Shown in pieces: positions 25,348 through 36,243 of a stretch of DNA of 64,000 nt. Made by a program: the position numbers and the translations under genes. The first letter of the stretch is position 1; every line of letters starts with the position of its first letter. This DNA is from Beijerinckiaceae bacterium (GTDB lineage Bacteria; Pseudomonadota; Alphaproteobacteria; Rhizobiales; Beijerinckiaceae): positions 388,807 through 452,806 of the forward strand of contig CBDAPV010000002.1 of NCBI GenBank assembly GCA_965198715.1, read 5' to 3'. The notes under the pieces were generated by a model. That model was not told the DNA's origin. It searched no databases and worked only from the letters and a program-made list of their open reading frames with translations.

Positions 25348-25391
25348 TGTCAATCAAGGTTGACGAGTGGTCGTGTCTATCAAACATGACA
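25348..25391. promoter_or_regulatory. Tandem PpsR/CrtJ-type operator: TGTcaatcaaggttgACG - 8 nt - TGTctatcaaacatgACA
   Basis: Two TGT-N12-AC(A/G) palindromes separated by exactly 8 nt, 65-110 bp upstream of the bchH ATG. This matches the spacing of PpsR sites in the Rhodobacter puc and bchC promoters. Confidence 0.6.
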
Positions 25392-25514
25392 TTCGACGAC
25401 TGAGGCTCGTCGATGAAGGCGCGAGTAGTCGCCAGCCTGCCGCCCAAGGGACGCCTGACCGTTGGCAGGTCTTGGAAACTAGGTGCTCGGCTCGGCGCCG
25501 TGCCGGTTCGAGAG

Positions 25515-27050
25515 CTACAGCGCCGCGCCGTCGGCCAGGGCGTGCGCGGCTCGGCGAAGGCCGGTCAGCCGAGGGGCGTTCGGAGCCATCGTGCTGGCAA
25601 CAAGCGCGGATACGGGCGGCGGTGCGACGCTCGCCCCGCTCAACGTCGGGCGCAGCGCGGCGCGCAGCCCGACCGCATGAGGAGCGGCGACGCGCCGCAG
25701 CACCGGCGTCTCGTCGCGGGCCACGATCTCCGGTGGCGCGAAGGCTAGGGCCTGGCCGGGCGTGCGGGCGCCCTGGGAGAGCACCGCTGGCAGGCGCGAG
25801 CGGCGCAGCGCCGGCATGCCGGAGGCGGTCTTGGTGATGAGGCTGCCGATGGCGTCGAGTCCGTTGCGTGGCGTCGGCGCAGCGGCGGGGCGGGCGGCCG
25901 CGACGAAGGGACGGCTCTCCAGCCGCGCCAGCGCGACCGGCCGCATCGGCGGCAGCGGAATGACCGGTTCGGTGGAGGCGCTGAGAGCGGCGGGGCGTCG
26001 CGGCGGCAGCGGCAGCACCGGCGCGGCCTCGCCCAGCGACGACGGCTGGCTGGCGTCGCTCTCGAGGCTCGCCACCTGCCTGCGGGCCGGCGGCTCCGAT
26101 GGGGAAGCGATCTGCTCGTCGTCCAGGACCGGGCCGCGGGGAGGTGCCGGTTCGGGATCTCGTCCGGCGTAGGCCAGCACCGTTTCCGGCGCCGGCTGCG
26201 GGGAGGCCGCGGCGACGGGAACGGGTGCCGGGGCCGGCTGGGCGACGGCGACCGACGTGCGACGATCCTCCTCGTCCTCGTGGGCCTGACCGTTGCCGCT
26301 GCCGGAACCGCCGAACAGCCAGGCGAAGAAGCCGCCGGACTCCTGCGAGGGCGGCGCTTCGGCGCCGCGGGCGGCGATCTCCTGGCGCGCCGCCTCGTAG
26401 CCCGGCAGCGTTCGCCCGTCGGCGGCGATGTGCACCGTCTTGCCATCGGGGAAGAGGCCCGCGAGCTGGTCGTAGTTCATGCGCGGCCAGGAGCGCACGC
26501 TGCCGACGTCGAGGTGCACAAAGTTGGCGGAAGGATACCAGCCGACGCCGCCGTGCTGCAGCCGCATGCCGACCTCGCGGACGAGGTGCATCGGGAAGCC
26601 TGGAATGGTGGTGTCCATCGCCTTGCCCAGCATATGCTGCGAATGCTCGGCCACGGCGCGCGAGCGGCGGCGCAGCATGGCGTTGGTCTCGGGCGAGCGG
26701 TATGCGGAATAGATCTGGATCGGCTGCGTCGCTCCGGCGGTACGGTAGACCTCCCACAGCGTGTCGAACAGCCGGGGGTCCATGGCGATTTCGTCGTTGT
26801 TGCGCCAGTCGCGCAACAGATGGTTGAGCTGGCGCAGCACGGCGGGATCATAGTGGCCGTCGACGCGGAAGGTCGCGTCGATCGATTCGCCGGTATGCGT
26901 ATGGTAGAGATGGATGGTGCGCGTGTCGCCATTGGCGGCCGCGGTCTCCGTCGACGAGGGCAGAAAAGATGCGCCCAAGAGCATGCTCAGGGTCGCGGCC
27001 GCAGCGCGCGCGAGCTTCCTAGTCGCGCCACGTCCCTTGAAAGCTCGCAA
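25515..27050 (-). CDS. DUF882 (YcbK/MepK-like, peptidase M15 family) protein with Pro/Ala-rich C-terminal extension
   Basis: Signal peptide; DUF882 region with HMLGKAMD and FVHLDVG motifs; lies downstream of a YcbB-like L,D-transpeptidase, as in E. coli ldtD-mepK. Confidence 0.7.
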   Translation of the reverse strand: MRAFKGRGATRKLARAAAATLSMLLGASFLPSSTETAAANGDTRTIHLYHTHTGESIDATFRVDGHYDPAVLRQLNHLLRDWRNNDEIAMDPRLFDTLWEVYRTAGATQPIQIYSAYRSPETNAMLRRRSRAVAEHSQHMLGKAMDTTIPGFPMHLVREVGMRLQHGGVGWYPSANFVHLDVGSVRSWPRMNYDQLAGLFPDGKTVHIAADGRTLPGYEAARQEIAARGAEAPPSQESGGFFAWLFGGSGSGNGQAHEDEEDRRTSVAVAQPAPAPVPVAAASPQPAPETVLAYAGRDPEPAPPRGPVLDDEQIASPSEPPARRQVASLESDASQPSSLGEAAPVLPLPPRRPAALSASTEPVIPLPPMRPVALARLESRPFVAAARPAAAPTPRNGLDAIGSLITKTASGMPALRRSRLPAVLSQGARTPGQALAFAPPEIVARDETPVLRRVAAPHAVGLRAALRPTLSGASVAPPPVSALVASTMAPNAPRLTGLRRAAHALADGAAL

Positions 27051-27204
27051 AAGCCTGACCCCTGTTACGCATCGCCATGCAGCCTATGGCGACCAAAGGG
27101 TTACTCACAAGAGTTAAGATTTAGTGCCGCACCAAAAGTTCCTTCGCTGTGATATTTTTATTTGGGTTGGTTCGCGATTCTAAAAACCGAAATTCCGCAT
27201 CGAC

Positions 27205-27228
27205 TGCGTCAGCCTGCGTCATGCGTCA
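27205..27228. repeat. Three direct TGCGTCA heptamers (TGCGTCA-gcc-TGCGTCA-TGCGTCA) in a low-GC intergenic spacer
   Basis: Read directly in the sequence; flanked by an 8-bp inverted repeat, AAACCGAA at 27184-27191 and TTCGGTTT at 27267-27274. Confidence 0.5.
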
Positions 27229-27324
27229 TGCCAACTTATAGGCTTCAGTGAGAAATCATTCCGATCTTCGGTTTATATACCGGGTAAATGGCCTGGCTGC
27301 AAGATCATCAGCTCCGGCAAGACG

Positions 27325-29520
27325 TCAGCGCGGATCGAAGAGGCCGCTGAAGAACCCGCGCGACACCGGCGGGGCGACCACACGGGGATCGACGTCAGCC
27401 TCGACCACGGCACGGCGACGCGGTCGCTCGGCCACGACCGCGGGCTTCTCCTTGGGCTCCTTCGGCTTCACCGCCGGCGCGGGCTCGCTGTCCTGCCCCA
27501 GCGCGGTCGCCACCGCGTGGGCGTAGCCGTAGATGTCTTCGCGCAGCTTGACCTGGTCGCCGTCCTCGATGCCGGCGGTGAAGTACTCGATGTGGATCGG
27601 CAGCGGCTTGGCGAGGTTCACGTAATGCTCCTTGTCGCCGACCATGTCCTCGAGCTTGTCCTGGGTCCAGCGTGATCGCGTACCCTCGGGCACGACGTCG
27701 TTCAGCACCGATTCGGCGAAGGCGAAGGGCTTGTCGACGCGCACGCAGCCGTGGCTGAACGCGCGTTTCGAGGCCGCGAACAGCGATTTCGACGGCGTGT
27801 CGTGGAGGTAGACGGAATAATCGTTGGGGAACAAGAACTTGATCTGCCCCAAAGCATTCTTTGGCCCGGGCAGCTGCTTCACCGTGGCCATGCCGTTGTG
27901 ATAGCCGACGTCATAGCCGCGGCCCTCGAGGTAGCCGAGACTGCCGCCGCCCTTGGGCAGCATCTCCTTCTTGATGATCGACTGCGGCACGTTCCAGTAC
28001 GGGTTCACGATGAGGTACTTCATCGCGTTCGAGAACAGCGGCGTCGGCGTGTCGGTCTTGCCGACGACCACGCGATGCTCGTCGACGACGCGACCGTCGT
28101 GGAAGACGCGCACGGCGTAGTCGGGGATGTTCACCTCGAGGCGGTCGGCGCCGAGGTCGTGCGGCATCCAGCGCCACATCTCCATGTTGGCGATCAGCGT
28201 GCCTTCCAGGCGTGACGCAGGATGAGCTCCGGTGCCGTTGAGCGCCGCCAGCGTGCGCTTGTCGAGCGCGCCCGACGTGGGCAGCTCGTTGGCCCGCTGC
28301 CAATCGGCCAAAGCTTCCGACAGCGCAGAACCGAAAAGATCATCCTCGGCATCGTCGCCGAAGCCGGCGGCGGCTCCGAGGCGGGCTCGAAGCAGTGGGA
28401 CACGCTTGTCGCGCATGCCGACGTGCAGGCTGGGACCACTGGGAAGCGGCTCACCGGCATTGGCCACCGGCTTGCGCTTGCCGCGAAGCTCGGAGAGTTT
28501 GTCGCGCAGCGCGACGTAGCGCGGCTCGGACGGGTTCAGCGCGGCGAGCTTGTCACCGGCCTCGGCATCCGCGCCGCTGACGGTATCGAGCACCTCGGCG
28601 GGATCGGCGAGGGTCGGCAGCGAGCCGATCAGCGGGCTGATGACTTTGGGATCGACGCGGCTGCCGCTGGCCTGGCGGGCGTAGCCGACGACCGCGTCGG
28701 TGAGCGCCAGCTCGGCGGCGACGATATCCTCCGACGTGCCCTCGGTCTTGAGGACGGTCGGCGCGACGACCGGCAGCGTCAGCGCGTCGTCTCCGGCCTT
28801 GGCCAGGCGGGCCAGCACGCTGGGGACCGACGCAGCCGGCTTGCCATCGGTCGACCAGACCGGGGCGAAGCCGTGGGCGGCGTAGAAGAAAGAGACGGCA
28901 GCGCGTTCCTTGCGGCGCTCGCCGGCGCCGGCGCCGCGGATCGCCTCGCCGTCGCGCTTGTCGAGCGCGGCTTTCAGCGCCGCGTTGAGGGGCGGCAACG
29001 CTTCCAGGACGGGCGCGGCGGCGGCTGGCGCGGCGGGATGGTCGAGTGGGTCCCTGGAAGGCGCGCTCGGCGGCTCGATGGCGATGTCGGGCTCGGGGTC
29101 GGCCTTGTCGGGCGCCTTGGCCGTTGCCTGCGCTCGACCGGAATGCGTCGGCGCCGGCTGCACCTGATCCGCGGAGGCCGCGGCGTGCTCTGGCATCCAG
29201 TCCGCGCGATCGATCGTCTGGCGCGGCGCGATCGTGCCGGTGGTGTCGCCGGGCTTCAGGCCCGTCTGAAGCAGCGCACCGGTGGACGGTACGCTCTTCG
29301 CCGCGGGTTGGCTCGGGGCTATCGCGGGCGGGCCGGCAACCTCCGCGGGCCTGGCGTCGGCGGTGCGAATCGGCGTCGCATCTTTTGTCGCGAAATCAGC
29401 CTTGGCGAGATCGGAGAAGAAGGTGTCGTCGTCGGCGTGCGCGGCGGTGAAGCCGGAGCCGAAGAGCACTGCGGCGGTCCAAAGAGGGATCCGCCGCCTG
29501 AACATCGAACGCGCGCCCAT
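27325..29520 (-). CDS. L,D-transpeptidase, YcbB/LdtD-like (large periplasmic, peptidoglycan-binding)
   Basis: YkuD catalytic motif HGCVRVDKPF near the C-terminus; signal peptide beginning MGARSMFRRRIPLWTAAVLFG; the track ORF extends to 29580. Confidence 0.75.
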   Translation of the reverse strand: MGARSMFRRRIPLWTAAVLFGSGFTAAHADDDTFFSDLAKADFATKDATPIRTADARPAEVAGPPAIAPSQPAAKSVPSTGALLQTGLKPGDTTGTIAPRQTIDRADWMPEHAAASADQVQPAPTHSGRAQATAKAPDKADPEPDIAIEPPSAPSRDPLDHPAAPAAAAPVLEALPPLNAALKAALDKRDGEAIRGAGAGERRKERAAVSFFYAAHGFAPVWSTDGKPAASVPSVLARLAKAGDDALTLPVVAPTVLKTEGTSEDIVAAELALTDAVVGYARQASGSRVDPKVISPLIGSLPTLADPAEVLDTVSGADAEAGDKLAALNPSEPRYVALRDKLSELRGKRKPVANAGEPLPSGPSLHVGMRDKRVPLLRARLGAAAGFGDDAEDDLFGSALSEALADWQRANELPTSGALDKRTLAALNGTGAHPASRLEGTLIANMEMWRWMPHDLGADRLEVNIPDYAVRVFHDGRVVDEHRVVVGKTDTPTPLFSNAMKYLIVNPYWNVPQSIIKKEMLPKGGGSLGYLEGRGYDVGYHNGMATVKQLPGPKNALGQIKFLFPNDYSVYLHDTPSKSLFAASKRAFSHGCVRVDKPFAFAESVLNDVVPEGTRSRWTQDKLEDMVGDKEHYVNLAKPLPIHIEYFTAGIEDGDQVKLREDIYGYAHAVATALGQDSEPAPAVKPKEPKEKPAVVAERPRRRAVVEADVDPRVVAPPVSRGFFSGLFDPR

Positions 29521-29728
29521 GGCCCCTCCGGACGGTCCCGCCGCCCCGCGCACCCTCGCCCGTCGTCGGGACCGATGCACCTCATTGATACGTGATCGCC
29601 GAATCAGGCGAAATCAATCGTGCCGGCCGGCTTTAGGCCGGCCGTGACTCGCTCGCCACAAGCTGTTCCACGGCAGCAAACCCCTGCCATGCAAACCCTT
29701 GCCCTGAACGTGTGGCGGCGGCGTGATC

Positions 29729-31219
<1,491 letters not shown>

Positions 31220-31382
31220 ACGACCTCGGCGAGGCGGACGAAGGGCTCGTCCGGCGAGGCTCATGCTGTTCGATCAGGGTAAAAGGCGAGTTAAACGGAT
31301 TCTCTGCCGCGGCATGCTTCGAGCGATTTAGACTGCTTGGATATGCCGATAAGAAGGCCCGGTTTGCGCCGGGCCCTCTTCA

Positions 31383-32618
31383 TCAATGTGCGGCAGGGCT
31401 GGTCGACGGGACGCTCATGCTCCTGGCGAACTGACCGAAAAGGTCGTTCAGCCCTTGCGGCAGCAGCGTCAGCGACACCGTACTCGGCGTCACGCCGTTC
31501 CATTTGCGCATCACGTCGGCCAGCGAGAGGCCTTCCAGCGTGGCCACGTAGGGCTGCAGCCGTATAGCGATGTCCTGCTCCTGGAGCGCCGCGAAATGGC
31601 GGTTCAGGGCGTCCTGAACCTCCCTGTCGAAGGACCAGGTGTCGGCCCAGCCGACGTAGTCCAGCGTGATGCCGTGGCCATCGAGGTAGGCCTTCATCTC
31701 CTTGCGGATCGTGTCCATGATCGCGCTGGCGTTGGCGCTGTCCTCGATCAGCGTGTGCTGCATCAGGTTCTCGCAGACGAGGATGCCGACCTTGCTTCTG
31801 ACCTTGGTGTCCATGACCTCGGCGAGCGAACGGCCGTAGAACACCGACGTGAAGACGACGTTGGGATCGGTGCGCTGCCCCTCCGGTGGATGAACACCGA
31901 AGTTGTAGAGGAACTTGGCGGCGTCGGCTTCGGTTACCTTGGTCGAGATCGCCACGCCCACGGTGATGTTGTGCCCCTCCGACGACTGGCAGTCGAAGCC
32001 CTCGTTGACCGAACTCGTGCCTTTCTTGGGATCGGCGAGCCACTCGCGGGAGACCGGTTCGCGGTTGACGATGAAGAGGCGACCCGTCGGAACATAGTAG
32101 TCACCCCAGAAGCCCCAGCCGGTGCCGCGCAGCGTCTGGTGCGGGATCAGGAAACGCTTGGCCGCAATCTTGTTCTTCTCGAGGTAACCGGCCGAGTCGA
32201 ACGCGTCCTGACCCGATTGATTGTCGCCGACGTCGGGCACCCAGAAGGCGCTCTCGTTCGGCATGATCGTGTAGGGCTCGGCATAATCGTGCTGATTGTA
32301 GTAGGCGTAGGCTTCACCGGGCGAGATCGCGTAGGCGGCGAGCCCGAGCGCGCAGGTCGCGACCGCCGCCACGAGCGCGCGCCGGATCGGGCGCCACCAG
32401 ATCGCGAGTAGAATCGCCACCAGGATCGGCCCGGTGAGGCCGACCTGTTGCCAGAAGTAGGCGTTCATGGCTGTCGAGAGGGACGCCTGGTCGGAGGCGG
32501 CGAATTGGGCCCCCGCCGCCTTGGCGCTTCCGATCGTGGCGGCGGTGTTGATGTAGACGTTGAGCCATCCGGCCACCCCGATCGAGAGGGCGGAGGCGAG
32601 CAAACGGACGATAGGCAT
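31383..32618 (-). CDS. SPFH (band-7/stomatin-like) domain membrane protein
   Basis: 411 aa. N-terminal TM helices; the central region follows the SPFH pattern (ITVGVAISTKVTE..AAKFLYNFG; GRSLAEVMDTKVRSKVGILV...) judged from recalled family consensus. Confidence 0.5.
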   Translation of the reverse strand: MPIVRLLASALSIGVAGWLNVYINTAATIGSAKAAGAQFAASDQASLSTAMNAYFWQQVGLTGPILVAILLAIWWRPIRRALVAAVATCALGLAAYAISPGEAYAYYNQHDYAEPYTIMPNESAFWVPDVGDNQSGQDAFDSAGYLEKNKIAAKRFLIPHQTLRGTGWGFWGDYYVPTGRLFIVNREPVSREWLADPKKGTSSVNEGFDCQSSEGHNITVGVAISTKVTEADAAKFLYNFGVHPPEGQRTDPNVVFTSVFYGRSLAEVMDTKVRSKVGILVCENLMQHTLIEDSANASAIMDTIRKEMKAYLDGHGITLDYVGWADTWSFDREVQDALNRHFAALQEQDIAIRLQPYVATLEGLSLADVMRKWNGVTPSTVSLTLLPQGLNDLFGQFARSMSVPSTSPAAH

Positions 32619-32856
32619 CGACCTGGGCCGTTACGGCCACTCCTTTGATCTCACGCGAGCTGTATGGGGCCGGGCCCTGCTCTGTCCCGCGTCTCGACGA
32701 GCGGACAAGATCTAAGAGGGCTCAGGCGCAGCAGTAGCGCTGAAAGCGCCGAGCCTGACGGGCGGCGATATGCGAGGCCGACATGACGCTTTCTTAATGC
32801 TGGCGGGTTGTCGCGGGTTACGCTTTCAACAACGTAAGCCCGCCCAGCGCGCATCT

Positions 32857-33399
32857 TCAAGCGACAGCATCGGGAACGTCGTCGGCGAGCCGGCTGCGCT
32901 CGGCGAAGGTCCACCAGCGGCTGGCGGCGTAGCTCCACACCGTGACGATGCCGGTCACGACGACCTGGGCCGGCAGGTAGGGCAGGTGGCGCCAGTCGAC
33001 CGCCAGCGTCATCAGCAGCGCGGTGGCGAGGAAGCCGACGCCGGCCACGGCGGAGAAGCGCCAGATTGCCTCGAAATGGCGCTTGCGGCTCTTGAACGTG
33101 TGCCGGCGGTTGAGGGTGTAGGAGATCACCCCGCCGAAGCAGTAGCCGAGCAGCGTCGCCGGCACCGGCGGCTTGTGGGCGAGCTGCACGAGCAGCACCA
33201 GCACGGTGTAATGAGCTGATGTGGCGAGGCAGCCGATCACCACGAAAGAGCCGAGCTGGCGAAGATTTGAGGCAAGCGCTGGCACTGATGCTCCGAAGAC
33301 ACGCTGTTCAAGGCTTGCGAAAACGATCCCGGCCTGCCACGCAAAAGCCGCGGACGGCTTGCGAAGAGGGGCGGGCCAGCTCGCATACGTAGACTGCAT
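32857..33399 (-). CDS. GtrA-family polysaccharide-synthesis membrane protein
   Basis: About 180 aa; four TM helices with GtrA-like composition; the track ORF is extended upstream, so the start is uncertain. Confidence 0.55.
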   Translation of the reverse strand: MQSTYASWPAPLRKPSAAFAWQAGIVFASLEQRVFGASVPALASNLRQLGSFVVIGCLATSAHYTVLVLLVQLAHKPPVPATLLGYCFGGVISYTLNRRHTFKSRKRHFEAIWRFSAVAGVGFLATALLMTLAVDWRHLPYLPAQVVVTGIVTVWSYAASRWWTFAERSRLADDVPDAVA

Positions 33400-33420
33400 C
33401 GCGTTCAAGGGGAGACCAAC

Positions 33421-33951
33421 ATGCGTTTCGATTTCGTGAAGACCGGCCGTGTCGCCGCCGTTCTCGCCGCCACGACCCTCGCAGGCGTCTTCGCCGCGAC
33501 GTCGGCCAAGGCCGAGCTCGTCGGCCAGCTGCAGTGCAACATCGGGCCGGGCGTCGGCCAGCTCGTCAGCTCCAAGCGGCCGGTGTCTTGCACCTATCGC
33601 ACGGCCGGCATGCCGGTCCAGTTCTACAACGGCGAGCTCGGCCGCATCGGCCTCGACGTCGGCAATCTCGCCTCGGGCACGCTGACCTATGACGTGGTCG
33701 CGATCGGCACCCCGGGCCTCGGCGTGCTCCAGGGCTCCTACGTCGGCGCCGGCGGCGGCGTGACGCTCGGGACGGGCATCGGCGTCAACACACTGGTCGG
33801 CGGCAACGGCCAGTCGGTCACCCTGCAGCCGCTCGCCACCACCGTCTCCACCGGCACCAATATCAATGCCGGCTTCACCTCGCTGGCGCTGACCTTCGCC
33901 GGCACGGAAGGCCCGCGCCTGCGCCGCCGTGGCATCGTCGCCCGCTACTGA
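33421..33951 (+). CDS. DUF992-family secreted protein
   Basis: 176 aa; signal peptide; Gly/Thr-rich beta-type sequence typical of Rhizobiales DUF992. Confidence 0.5.
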   Translation: MRFDFVKTGRVAAVLAATTLAGVFAATSAKAELVGQLQCNIGPGVGQLVSSKRPVSCTYRTAGMPVQFYNGELGRIGLDVGNLASGTLTYDVVAIGTPGLGVLQGSYVGAGGGVTLGTGIGVNTLVGGNGQSVTLQPLATTVSTGTNINAGFTSLALTFAGTEGPRLRRRGIVARY

Positions 33952-34071
33952 ACTGATCAGCGCTGCTCTCACGTGAAAAGGCGTCCCTCGCGGGCGCCTT
34001 TTTCTTTATGCGGCGGGTCGTGGGCTGCTGGAAGCCTCCCTCTTACGGCGGAGGAGGCCCATCTAGCTGTC

Positions 34072-34764
34072 ATGATCGATGCCGCCTTCGCCGCCGCCGC
34101 CGAGATCCTGAGCCCGCCGTTCCGCGCGGTGCTGGCCAAGACGCTCGGCCTCACAATGCTGCTGCTGGCCTTCTGCGCCGTCGGGCTAGAGAAGCTCGCC
34201 ATGGCCTACCTGGTGACGCCCTGGCACTGGGCCTCGACCGCGCTCCAGGTCCTGACAGGGCTCGGCCTCGTCGTCGCCGTCGCGGTGCTGGTCACGCCGG
34301 TGGCCTTCGTCGTCGCCGGCTTCTTCTTCGACGAGCTCGCCGACCACGTCGAGCGCGACCTGGCCGGGCCCGCGGGACGAGGCCGGCCGCTGCCGCTCGG
34401 CGAGGCCACGCTGCTAGGCCTCAAGTTCGGCCTGGTCAGCCTGGGCGTGAACCTCGCCGCGCTGCTTCTGCTGCTGGTGCCGGGCGTCAACGCGGTCGCC
34501 TTCTTCGGCGCCAACGCCTATCTCTTCGGCCGCGGCTTCTTCGAACTGGCGGCGCTGCGCTACCGGCCGATTGCCGAGGTGCGCGCGCTGCGCCGCCGCC
34601 ACGCCCTGCGCATCTTCGGCGCCGGCTGCCTGTGCGCCGCGGTCGCCTCCGTGCCGATCCTGCAGCTGCTGGCGCCGCTGTTCGCCACCGCGCTGCTCGT
34701 GCGCGTGGCGCAGCCGCTGGTGCGCGGGCGGCTGCCGGCCCCGGCTCAGCCGCCGGTGTTGTAG
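34072..34764 (+). CDS. EI24/CysZ-like (DUF540) membrane protein
   Basis: Multi-TM protein starting MIDAAFAAAAEILSPPFRAVL; the track ORF starts at 33973. Confidence 0.5.
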   Translation: MIDAAFAAAAEILSPPFRAVLAKTLGLTMLLLAFCAVGLEKLAMAYLVTPWHWASTALQVLTGLGLVVAVAVLVTPVAFVVAGFFFDELADHVERDLAGPAGRGRPLPLGEATLLGLKFGLVSLGVNLAALLLLLVPGVNAVAFFGANAYLFGRGFFELAALRYRPIAEVRALRRRHALRIFGAGCLCAAVASVPILQLLAPLFATALLVRVAQPLVRGRLPAPAQPPVL

Positions 34765-35759
34765 GCGGCGTACTGCCCGGTCTTGCGGTAGCGGCCGAGG
34801 TAGCGCGGCACGAAGCTCTCGAAGCTTTCCGGGTGGATGCCGAGGCCCGGCAGGGTGCGGCCCTCGCGCTTGGCCGCCTCGGAGACGACGTTGTCCTCCT
34901 TGAGCAGCTCGACCTGGTCCACCGTCATCTCCAGCATCTCGGGCATCAGGCCGAAGCTGGCCTTGCTGACCATCTCGGTCACGCCGGCCATCCGCGTCGC
35001 AAGCGAGAACGGCAGCTTGACCAGCGGGCGCTTGCGTTCGGTGGTCTTGAGGATGAAGCGCATGAGGTCGGCGAAAGAGACGGCTTCCGGCCCGCCGAGC
35101 TCGTAGGTGGTGCCCGGCAGCGCCTTGCCGTCGACGGCGAGCGCGATCGCCTCGGCGACGTCGCCGACGAAGACCGGCTGCAGCAGGCCCTCGCCGCCGC
35201 CGATGAGCGGCAGGGCCGGCATCACGCGGGCCATTCCGGCAAAGCGGTTGAAGAACTTGTCCTCCGGCCCGAACACGATCGAGGGCCGTACGATCACCGC
35301 CTCGGGGATGATCTCGAGCGCCAGGCGCTCGCCTTCGGCCTTGGTGCGCCCGTACTCGGCGGCGGAGTTCGGATCGGCGCCGATCGCCGACATCTGCACG
35401 AAGCGGGTGATGCCGGCGGCCTTGGTCGCCTCGGCGACGGTCCGCACGCCTTCGGCCTGCAGCGCGGAAAAGGTCTGCTTGCCGCCCTGGGCAAGGATGC
35501 CGACGAGGTTCACCACGGCGTCGGCGTCGCGCACCGCGCGGGCGACCGAGTCGGGGTAGCGCAGGTTCGCCTGCACCGCGTTGATCTGGCCGACCTTGCC
35601 CGAGACCTGGGTGACAAAGGCGGCACCGGGGCGGCGCGAGGCGATGCGCACGCGGTAGCCGTGCTCGGCTAAGGCCTTGGCGACATAGCGGCCGACGAAG
35701 CCGGAGCCGCCGAAGACGGTGACGAGCTTGGCGGTCTTGATGAGGGTCGGTGCCACCAT
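34746..35759 (-). CDS. NAD(P)H-binding complex I NDUFA9-subunit-like / NAD-dependent epimerase family protein
   Basis: 337 aa with Rossmann motif VFGGSGFVGRYV; 39-kDa-subunit-like. Confidence 0.7.
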   Translation of the reverse strand: MVAPTLIKTAKLVTVFGGSGFVGRYVAKALAEHGYRVRIASRRPGAAFVTQVSGKVGQINAVQANLRYPDSVARAVRDADAVVNLVGILAQGGKQTFSALQAEGVRTVAEATKAAGITRFVQMSAIGADPNSAAEYGRTKAEGERLALEIIPEAVIVRPSIVFGPEDKFFNRFAGMARVMPALPLIGGGEGLLQPVFVGDVAEAIALAVDGKALPGTTYELGGPEAVSFADLMRFILKTTERKRPLVKLPFSLATRMAGVTEMVSKASFGLMPEMLEMTVDQVELLKEDNVVSEAAKREGRTLPGLGIHPESFESFVPRYLGRYRKTGQYAAYNTGG

Positions 35760-35851
35760 GTCTCGCGCTCCCGTTCGGCCGTGCGGGCGATCTTTAGAGG
35801 AGCGGGTACGGCGCTGTACAGCGCCGCGCCGTCGCGGCGCCGAAGCTCACG

Positions 35852-36067
35852 TCAGACCAGCTCGATCCGAAGCGTTCGCCCGACGGCCTGAGCGGCGGAC
35901 ATCAGCGTCTCCAGCGTAACGCCGCCTCCTTCGGTGGAAAGAAGCCGGTCGACCTGCGCCCGGCTCGTTTTCATGAGTTCGGCCATGCGCGTCTTGGTGA
36001 TCCGTTGCTTCTTCATCTCTTCGGCGATCTGCGCCGCCAGCACGGCTTTGAGCGCCTCGACCGTCAC
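35852..36067 (-). CDS. Small XRE-family helix-turn-helix protein (orphan, antitoxin-like)
   Basis: 71 aa; HTH RITKTRMAELMKTSRAQVDRLL; GTG start. Confidence 0.5.
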   Translation of the reverse strand: MTVEALKAVLAAQIAEEMKKQRITKTRMAELMKTSRAQVDRLLSTEGGGVTLETLMSAAQAVGRTLRIELV

Positions 36068-36243
36068 CTCCTCGCGAAGACCGTTTTCCCCAGCCAGCTC
36101 TCAAAACTCGAGCCGAGCCGGCCGGAAGCATAAGTCATCCCAAACCTCTCTTACTCTGCCGCACCAGGGTCAGCGACCCGTGTCCGGTTGCCCCCCGCTT
36201 CCGCCCGCTGTAACCCACCGGCTGCTCTTCCGTCGGGATCGTC

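Noticed and set aside
25490-25520. tRNA-like GGTTCGAG T-loop motif
   Set aside because: The flanking sequence cannot form T-stem, acceptor-stem or anticodon-arm pairing. No CCA context. It lies at the start of the DUF882 gene region.
36068-36140. 24-codon ORF (MTYASGRLGSSFESWLGKTVFARR) upstream of the small XRE HTH gene, as a possible HigB-like toxin
   Set aside because: Too short, no toxin-like features, and no ribosome-binding site. The HTH gene appears to be an orphan.
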